Shown: positions 57,350-64,000 of the stretch, piece by piece
Numbering within the stretch: the stretch's first letter is position 1
How the letters are laid out: each line of letters starts with the position of its first letter
IMG/VR virus record: IMGVR_UViG_2915903177_000003
Coordinates: 6,315-70,314 of that record
Source: a virus
Length of the DNA stretch: 64,000 bases
Reading direction: 5' to 3' (one strand)
The notes under the pieces: model-generated
Databases searched by the model: none
The model's input: only the letters and a program-made list of their open reading frames with translations
Told to the model about the DNA's origin: nothing
Position numbers and translations under genes: made by a program

Positions 57350-58704
57350 GCACGACCAACCCTTTGAGCGCGGAGTTCCTCTACGAGTTGTATGCCACGG
57401 CCCTGAGACAGGAAAACCTGTGCGGCATACTGGCCCGTCACATGCGCAGGGAGTACCTGCCGGACCGTTCGTTCCAACGGGTGCAGGAACGTATCGCCAC
57501 GCATTACCGTACCTACAGGACACCGCCGTCGTATGCCGTGCTGGCGCAGACCTTTTAGGAGGATTACGACGCGCTGGAACTGATCGACACGTTCCGCGAG
57601 TACGACGAGGGACAGAGCGCCGAGGTGATGACCGACATGCTCGAATCCTACATCAAGGGCGTGAGGCTGCAGGCGGTCTATGCCGAGGTGGGGAAACTCT
57701 ACAACGAGAGCAGGCAGGACAAGGCGGAGAAGACATTGCGGGAATATGCCGAGTGGCTGGCGGGCTTTACGCTCAAGAACACCTCGTTCATCGACGTGGC
57801 GGATACCTTCTCGGAACGTTTCGAGCGCAACCGCCGTCGTGAGGAGGAAGAGGAACGCTCGACGGCACCCCGTGTGTCGCGCTTTTACATCCCCTATCTG
57901 GATGCGCTCAATGCCGGACGCAACCTGCGGGGGCAGCTGACCTGCTTCCTCGCTTCGACGGGTGTCGGAAAATCACATATCGCCAAGTGGATAGGCGTCC
58001 GGGCCAATATCGACGACGGGTTGCACGTGCTGCACTTTCAATTGGAAGGCTCGGAGGAAGAGGCGTTGAACGCCTACTCGGGAGGACTGATATCGAAGAA
58101 CGCCTACTATTTCGAACGGGGAAAGATATCGGACACGGAGATGCGCCATCTGGAAAAACTGGTGCTCTCGTATGCCGGAAGCATCACCGTGCGCAGTTAC
58201 CCGCGTTTCAACGCGCAGGTTTCGACGCTCGACATCAAGAACGGCATCTCGGAATACCGCAAGCTCAAGGGACACAATCCCGACATTGTCATTGTGGATT
58301 CGATGGATCTCCTGACAGACGCCGCCCGCCGTGCGTGGGACGCAAGCCATGAACGGGCCAAGCGCATCGCCGTGGCCAACGACCTCAAGGATTTGGCGGC
58401 GGACGAGCAGGTATGGATGGTGGTGACCTACCAGAGTACCATCGAGGACCGGGACTGGCTCAATGACGAACGGAACGTGCTGACCGAATATAACTGTTCG
58501 GAAGCAAAAGGGTTGTCGCGTCCCTGCACGCACCTCATATCGCTCAACCAGTCCTCGGCCGAGCGCAAGGAGAATGTCATGCGCCTGCACGTGGCCAAGA
58601 GCCGTTTTTTCAAAAAGGGCGATACCATTAAAATTGCAACGGATTATGATAATGAGGTGTTTTACGACTCGCAGCGGTCGATGAATTTAGCGCAGAGGAT
58701 GTAA
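57346..58704 (+). pseudogene. dnaB: DnaB-like replicative helicase interrupted by in-frame TAG at 57556-57558
   Basis: ORFs 57346-57558 and 57625-58704 share a frame (LAQTF*EDYDALE). ASTGVGKS, FQLEGS and IVDSMD motifs. Confidence 0.82.
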
Positions 58705-58777
58705 ATTTCTTGCGCTTTTTATTGATTTTCAGTCGGCTTGTGTTAATTTTGCGATGAAAAACGGAACAAGAAAAATT

Positions 58778-59053
58778 ATGGAACAAAAATTCTGTCAAAG
58801 TTGCGGTATTCCGATGGCTGCTGAAATTTATGGTACAAATGCCGATGGTTCTCTAAATGAAGACTACTGTATGTATTGTTACAAAGATGGGGCATTCGTC
58901 GGTCCGGCTGATTGTACAATGGAGCAGATGATTGACTTTTGCGCTCAGTTTACTGACGAAATGAACAAGCACACCGGACTTAACTTAACACCCGAGCAGG
59001 CAAAAGAACAGATGCGTCAGTTCTTTCCCCGTCTGAAACGTTGGAAAAAATAA
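58778..59053 (+). CDS. Zinc-ribbon domain protein
   Basis: FCQSCGIP, YCMYCY and LKRW motifs. TAATTTTG element at 58744-58751. Confidence 0.82.
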   Translation: MEQKFCQSCGIPMAAEIYGTNADGSLNEDYCMYCYKDGAFVGPADCTMEQMIDFCAQFTDEMNKHTGLNLTPEQAKEQMRQFFPRLKRWKK

Positions 59054-59064
59054 ACAGGCATATT

Positions 59065-59526
59065 ATGAGATATTGTTGTACGGTTTTATCCGTGTCAGAT
59101 ATAAACAAAGCCCGAAGTTTCTACGAAAACATATTCGGGTTGGAAGTTTGTCAGGACTATGGACGAAATATCTTGTTTTCTTGCGGTCTCGCTTTACAAC
59201 AGGATTTCGATTGGCTCGTCGGCGTGTCCAAAGAACAAATTCATAAAAAGCCCAACAATATTGAAATCGCTTTTGAAGAACATGATTTTGACGTTTTTAT
59301 GCAAAGACTAAATGATCATCCCACAATCGAGTTTTTAGGCGGTGTCATTGAACATGATTGGGGACAGCGGGTAATTCGTTTCTATGATTTGGACGGACAT
59401 CTCATAGAAGTCGGTGAAGAGATGAAGATGGTTATAGAAAGATTTATCTCTGATGGAATGAGTCTGGAAGAAGTTTCCAAAAGGATGGATGTTTCTGTTG
59501 ACGGTCTGCTAAAACTATTAAATTAA
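59065..59526 (+). CDS. Glyoxalase/bleomycin-resistance (VOC) family protein
   Basis: VSDINKARSFY and WGQRVIRFYDLDGHLIEV motifs. Confidence 0.88.
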   Translation: MRYCCTVLSVSDINKARSFYENIFGLEVCQDYGRNILFSCGLALQQDFDWLVGVSKEQIHKKPNNIEIAFEEHDFDVFMQRLNDHPTIEFLGGVIEHDWGQRVIRFYDLDGHLIEVGEEMKMVIERFISDGMSLEEVSKRMDVSVDGLLKLLN

Positions 59527-59541
59527 ACCCTATAAATAAAC

Positions 59542-60297
59542 ATGGATATACAACGTATAATCAGCTTGGTTAAAGAGACTAAGGGGATAATCACAAACAG
59601 GGAAATGGCAACCCATGTGAAAGAAAAGGGAGTTGCTGACTATGTTACGCAGGTTGATGTGGCTGTACAGAACTTTATGAAAAAGGCGCTATATACACTT
59701 GCGCCGGACATACAGTTTCTCGGAGAGGAAACCGGCTTGCAGCGGATAGATACGGACAGCTACTGGATTCTTGACCCCATTGACGGCACCACCAACCTCA
59801 TGCATGACTATCAGCACAGTGTGGTTTCATTGGCACTTTGCCGCCAAAAAGAGATTGTTTTGGGTATTGTCTATGACCCGTTTCATGAGGAGCTTTTTTC
59901 CGCCCTCAAAGGCGAAGGCAGTTTCTTGAACGGTAAACCGATACACGTTTCCTCTGCCCAAAAGCTCTCGGAAACCATAATCGGTATCGGTACTGCTAAA
60001 AGAGAACTGGCGAAAGAAAACTTCGCCAAGTTTCTCAAAGTTTATGAAAATTCACAGGATATTCGACGATTTGGTTCCGCCGCTTTGGAATTGGCATATA
60101 CCGCGTGTGGCAGACAAGGTGGATATTTCGAGGTATATTTGAATCCGTGGGATTATGCAGCAGGGATGCTTTTGGTACAAGAAGCCGGAGGAAAAGTTAC
60201 TGACTGGAATGGAAATACACTTGACCCGGCTCAAGGAAATCATGTGGCCGGAACAAACGGACAAGTCCATGAAGAATTACTCAAGCTGTTATCATGA
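59542..60297 (+). CDS. Inositol monophosphatase family protein
   Basis: GEE, WILDPIDGTTN, RRFGSAAL and PWDYAAG motifs. Confidence 0.92.
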   Translation: MDIQRIISLVKETKGIITNREMATHVKEKGVADYVTQVDVAVQNFMKKALYTLAPDIQFLGEETGLQRIDTDSYWILDPIDGTTNLMHDYQHSVVSLALCRQKEIVLGIVYDPFHEELFSALKGEGSFLNGKPIHVSSAQKLSETIIGIGTAKRELAKENFAKFLKVYENSQDIRRFGSAALELAYTACGRQGGYFEVYLNPWDYAAGMLLVQEAGGKVTDWNGNTLDPAQGNHVAGTNGQVHEELLKLLS

Positions 60298-60500
60298 GCA
60301 ACGAAATTTTATATATCCTCCTCCCGGACTATGCCGAGCACGAGGCGGTTTATCTTTCTCAGGTGATATCTGCCGATGATTTTACCATGAAAGAGAATCC
60401 GAAATATATCAATAAGGTCGTGTCTCCGACATTGGAGCCGGTCAAATTATACAGCAATTCACTCGATTATGGCACAGGTGGTCCTGATGAGGTTTTGTAG
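60294..60500 (+). pseudogene. Truncated DJ-1/PfpI (glutamine amidotransferase-like) fragment
   Basis: N-terminus ILYILLPDYAEHEAVYL...NKVVSPTLEPV, then unrelated sequence and an early stop. Confidence 0.6.
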
Positions 60501-60543
60501 CTTATTGATAATGAATATATTAATACATATAAAAATTTGAAGT

Positions 60544-60798
60544 GTGCAGGAATATGGAGTAAACAGGAACCTCGTTAAACGTGCAAAGCAGATTCTTCGC
60601 AATTGCAAGGGCCGTAAGATGACGGAGCGATTTGCATGCGATGTGTGCCGGGTGGTATATGACTCGGGATGGGTGTATGCTGCCGATGGCGGGGATTTTC
60701 ATATCTGCCACTCGTGCCGAAACAAATATCTTCCGGGTAAGATGCAGCGCTGGAGGCTTTACTCGTCCGCTTTTGAGTCAAGCAAGAAGAAACATTGA
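60544..60798 (+). CDS. Small zinc-finger-like hypothetical protein
   Basis: 84 aa with CDVC and CHSC. Confidence 0.55.
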   Translation: MQEYGVNRNLVKRAKQILRNCKGRKMTERFACDVCRVVYDSGWVYAADGGDFHICHSCRNKYLPGKMQRWRLYSSAFESSKKKH

Positions 60799-60843
60799 GA
60801 GGCGAATTTACGACCTTAATTATAGAAATAAGACGATAAACAG

Positions 60844-60880
60844 AAAGGACTCCGTTTAAGGGAGTCCTTTTGTTTCTTTT
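60844..60880 (+). terminator. Intrinsic terminator
   Basis: AAAGGACTCC-gtttaag-GGAGTCCTTT plus T-rich tail. Confidence 0.8.
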
Positions 60881-61102
60881 TTATAGTGCCCATATCATGT
60901 CCTGCCGATATGGGCACTGATTAGATACTACAAATATACATAAATGTTCAATTTATGAGCATTTTACTCGGTTAGATTTAAAACATAAACAGTTGCTTTT
61001 ACTGGTACGAGAACGGGAGGACAATATACCGTAATGCAACCGCATTAAAGAAAATTCGCATTTCTTCAAACCCTGCTGTAGAAACCGGTGCTATACCTTA
61101 AT

Positions 61103-62143
61103 ATGGAGCTATCGGTACAGGAACAGCAATATTTGGTTTCGGAGATCGTCCGCGAGACGGGGGCGAAACGCGACGGCGGGGGCAGGAACCTGATCGTTCC
61201 CCGCTGCCCGTTCTGCGGCAAGACGGGCGGGAAGTTCGGCATCTACATCGGTCCCGAAACGACCCGCCGCAAGCCCTTCATGGGGCATTGTTTCTCGTGC
61301 GGCGCCTCCACGCGTACCCTTGGGCAGCTGCTTGAGGCCATCGGCCGCATGGACCTGATGGTCACACCGACCACGGATGTCGCCGCACCGCTGGAGAACC
61401 TGCTTCTCCCGGCCCCTGAACCGGAAGAGATCGATGACCGGCTGGCGAGTGCCAAACTGCCGGATTTCTACAAACGCACCTTCCGGCACCCGTACCTGCA
61501 AGCGCGGGGCTTCACTTTCGATGACTACGAATACTTTCCCGTGGGTATCACCGGCAAACTCAATTCCCGCTACGCCGACTACGTCATCTTCCCCGTCACC
61601 GACGGGGGAAATACGGTAGGATATGTTGCCCGCCACACGTGGCCGAAAGCGGATATCGATTCCTATAACCGCAAGGCGAAATACTCCGGCGGATACAAGA
61701 TCCTGCGTTACCGTAATTCCACGGACAACGACTTTTCCTGTTTGCTCTATAACTACGATGCCGTCCGTGAGAACGAGACCGATACGGTCATTCTTGCGGA
61801 GGGCATCTTCGATGTCATCGCCCTGACACGCAAGCTCGAACTTTACGACAATCCATACATCGCCGCCGTCGCGACTTTCGGGAAGAAAATCTCCGACGTG
61901 CAGACCTACAAGCTGCAATCGAAGGGCGTGAAAACCATAGTCGTCGGCTATGACGGCGATGCTGTGGATGCCATCAAACGGACGGCGGAACGGCTGAAAC
62001 CGTATTTTGAAGTCTTCATCGCCGACATAGCCGATGCCGGCAAGGACTGGGACGAAATGAGCGGGCGGGAGACTTACGGGACATTCGCCTACCGGTTATT
62101 GACACCTATCGAATATAAACTCAAAAAAATACAGGAAAGATGA
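61103..62143 (+). CDS. dnaG: DNA primase (Zn-finger + TOPRIM)
   Basis: CPFC...HCFSC, AEGIFD and YDGD motifs. Confidence 0.82.
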   Translation: MELSVQEQQYLVSEIVRETGAKRDGGGRNLIVPRCPFCGKTGGKFGIYIGPETTRRKPFMGHCFSCGASTRTLGQLLEAIGRMDLMVTPTTDVAAPLENLLLPAPEPEEIDDRLASAKLPDFYKRTFRHPYLQARGFTFDDYEYFPVGITGKLNSRYADYVIFPVTDGGNTVGYVARHTWPKADIDSYNRKAKYSGGYKILRYRNSTDNDFSCLLYNYDAVRENETDTVILAEGIFDVIALTRKLELYDNPYIAAVATFGKKISDVQTYKLQSKGVKTIVVGYDGDAVDAIKRTAERLKPYFEVFIADIADAGKDWDEMSGRETYGTFAYRLLTPIEYKLKKIQER

Positions 62144-63879
62144 TACAGGAACTTCCGGCGTGGCTCGACAGCCACAACATAGATTACGGGATCGTGGACA
62201 CGGAGGTCGTGGACATTCCCGGTTTCGGACGCCTCTTCACGGCCGACCTGTCCGGCGTGGACTCCATCTTCCGTGGCGAGGGCGATAACCCCGTCTTCAA
62301 CCTGATGGAGCGCCCCGAGGTACTCATGGAAGAGGGAATCTTTCATGTGGCCTTTCCTTTCGGACGGAACTGGTATTACTACGACCTGCGGGAGACCTTC
62401 CGCTTCAACATCCTCAAATACATCGGTCGTCCGAAACCGCCCAAGCACGACATCCCGTTCGTGAACCTGGGCATCCATACACCTTACGAATTGTTGAATG
62501 CCTCCGGGTCATTGGAAACGTGGTGCCGCAAGGCAAAGTGGCTCGGTCATACGGCAGTCGGCATCTGCGACCGCAATACGATGGCCGCCACGCTCAATCT
62601 CCAGAAGGAATGCGCCAAGGCCGGTCTGAAACATGTTTTCGGATATACGCTGACGATGCTGCACGACGATGAACCGGTCGAGGTCAAAATCTACGCCCTG
62701 AATGATGACGGATTGCACAACCTGCTCCGTATTCAACGGGCCGTGATGGTCGATTCCGAACAAAACGTATTGGGTTATGACCGGCTGCTTGCCTGCGCGG
62801 CAGGGTGCGTGCTGGTGTTCGCCACCGGTTCCGCCTGCTGGATGACCTCGCATCCACGACACGTCGAACGCATCCGTCAGGGCTTCGAGGCGGTATACTA
62901 CCAGGTGGACGGCAGCGAGTACAAGGCCGACCGTATCGACCGAGAGCGGTTGCTCGCCCTGAAACACTATTTCGAAAAATGTTATGATGCCGCCACCGAT
63001 ACCTATGCGGTGGAACCCGTATTGATTACGGACTGCTACTACCCGGACCGGGACGATGCGGTCTCGAAAATCGTGCTGAACAAGATTGCCTCCGGTGCGG
63101 CACACGGGCAAAGCGACGACCAATATTTCAAGAGTGTGGACGAACATTACGACACACTTCGGCCGCTCTTCTCCGACCGGTGGGATTTCGATACCCTGTT
63201 CCGGCGCATGTGCCGCCATACGGTGGAGATTGCCGGGCAGGCTGATGCCGCCTTCGAGACGGGGCGCATGTTCATGCCGGAGTACGGGATGCGTGAAGAG
63301 GAACGGGTGAAATACGGTGACCGGCGGACGATGTTCCTGCGACTGTTGGACGAAGGGCTCGCCGCAAAAGTTCCGACACCGGAACACGAACGCTATCGCA
63401 AGCGGCTGGACGAGGAGGTCTACATCATCGAATCGACGGATAACGTGGACTACTTTCTCGTCCAGTGGGACATGGTACGGGAAGCGCACCGGCGTGGCAT
63501 AGCGACAGGTATCGGGCGCGGTTCGGCCGGCGGTTCGTTGGTCGCCTACCTGTTAGGCATCACCTCCATCGATCCCCTGAAATACGATTTGATATTTTCC
63601 CGCTTCCTCGTGCCGGAACGTTGCGGCCTGAACTGGAAAGAGGAGATAACGGTGCTGGCTCCGGACGTGCCACTCCCTGTCGGCGAACGCTATGTGGAGA
63701 TAACGATGAACGGCGTGACTTACCGCCTTTGCCGAGACGCCCGGCTGCGGGTCATTCATGACGGAGAGGAGCTGACGGTATATGCCGATGAATTGATCCG
63801 TGGCGATGAGATCCTTTTCGACCGCCGAGATTTGTTGTGGAACCTGAAAGAATGCGCAATCCATGAATCCGAACTGTGA
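62140..63879 (+). CDS. dnaE: DNA polymerase III alpha, N-terminal half (PHP + start of palm) with C-terminal Hint-like tail
   Basis: LGIHTPYELLN, GICDRN and GRGSAGGSLVAYLLGIT...FSRFLVPER; the PDID motif is absent. Confidence 0.85.
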   Translation: MIQELPAWLDSHNIDYGIVDTEVVDIPGFGRLFTADLSGVDSIFRGEGDNPVFNLMERPEVLMEEGIFHVAFPFGRNWYYYDLRETFRFNILKYIGRPKPPKHDIPFVNLGIHTPYELLNASGSLETWCRKAKWLGHTAVGICDRNTMAATLNLQKECAKAGLKHVFGYTLTMLHDDEPVEVKIYALNDDGLHNLLRIQRAVMVDSEQNVLGYDRLLACAAGCVLVFATGSACWMTSHPRHVERIRQGFEAVYYQVDGSEYKADRIDRERLLALKHYFEKCYDAATDTYAVEPVLITDCYYPDRDDAVSKIVLNKIASGAAHGQSDDQYFKSVDEHYDTLRPLFSDRWDFDTLFRRMCRHTVEIAGQADAAFETGRMFMPEYGMREEERVKYGDRRTMFLRLLDEGLAAKVPTPEHERYRKRLDEEVYIIESTDNVDYFLVQWDMVREAHRRGIATGIGRGSAGGSLVAYLLGITSIDPLKYDLIFSRFLVPERCGLNWKEEITVLAPDVPLPVGERYVEITMNGVTYRLCRDARLRVIHDGEELTVYADELIRGDEILFDRRDLLWNLKECAIHESEL

Positions 63880-64000
63880 ACACCGCCGTCCCTGTGACGG
63901 CTGCGACCTGTACAGGGGCGATGCCCTTGAAGTGCTGCCGCTGCTTGCCCGGCAGGGCGTAACGGCGGATATGGTCTTCACCGACCCGCCGTACGGCACT
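63863..64000 (+). CDS. N6/N4 DNA methyltransferase (partial, runs off window end)
   Basis: MNPNCE...LYRGDALEVL...DMVFTDPPYG, overlaps the dnaE stop. Confidence 0.8.
   Translation, partial: MNPNCEHRRPCDGCDLYRGDALEVLPLLARQGVTADMVFTDPPYGT

Larger units (their letters stand above)
1..64000. mobile_element. Large Bacteroidales prophage / phage-like element (myovirus-type); both ends outside the window or unrecognised
   Basis: Ordered head-tail-baseplate-fibre module plus replication module. Bacteroidetes-type TAnnTTTG promoter elements. Whether 1-4.6 kb belongs to the same element is uncertain. Confidence 0.9.

Noticed and set aside
57556..57558. Element-wide TAG-to-Gln recoding
   Set aside because: Only one internal TAG was found, and TAG ends several full-length genes at sensible positions.
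1..64000. CRISPR array, tRNA or rRNA genes
   Set aside because: No regularly spaced direct repeats or cloverleaf/rRNA signatures were noticed by eye. A dedicated scan was not possible.

Overview
The window is almost entirely one large Bacteroidales (Bacteroides/Parabacteroides-like) temperate phage-type element with a contractile tail, and neither end is visible. 1-4.6 kb (minus strand) holds a conjugative-element-like module: an N6-methyltransferase/SF2-helicase fusion, two hypotheticals and a ~180-nt nested hairpin. 5.4-8.6 kb is a minus-strand regulatory operon with BRO/KilA-N antirepressors. 8.9-50.5 kb is the virion module: portal, Mu-F-like head protein, Clp protease/scaffold, capsid, sheath, tube, frameshifted tail chaperone, tape measure, baseplate and fibres. 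50.8-64 kb is a replication module: SSB, SbcD, SbcC, RuvC, ECF-type sigma factor, DnaB, primase, DnaE N-half and a methylase. Four AT-richer cargo insertions interrupt the backbone. Main observations: (1) a bipartite motif AAC/ATC-N18-19-CTANNCTT occurs at 11 sites upstream of phage genes, including inside the protease gene, and is the likely regulon of the phage's own ECF sigma factor; (2) dnaE stops just before its catalytic PDID motif and ends in a Cys-initiated Hint/intein-like fragment; (3) a three-gene AbiE-like wHTH + nucleotidyltransferase + metallophosphoesterase cassette sits in the tail operon; (4) dnaB has one in-frame TAG; (5) a Cys/His-rich metallothionein-like microprotein is present. 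No terminase, integrase, lysis gene, tRNA, rRNA or CRISPR array was recognised. All family calls come from motif recognition and gene order, not database searches.
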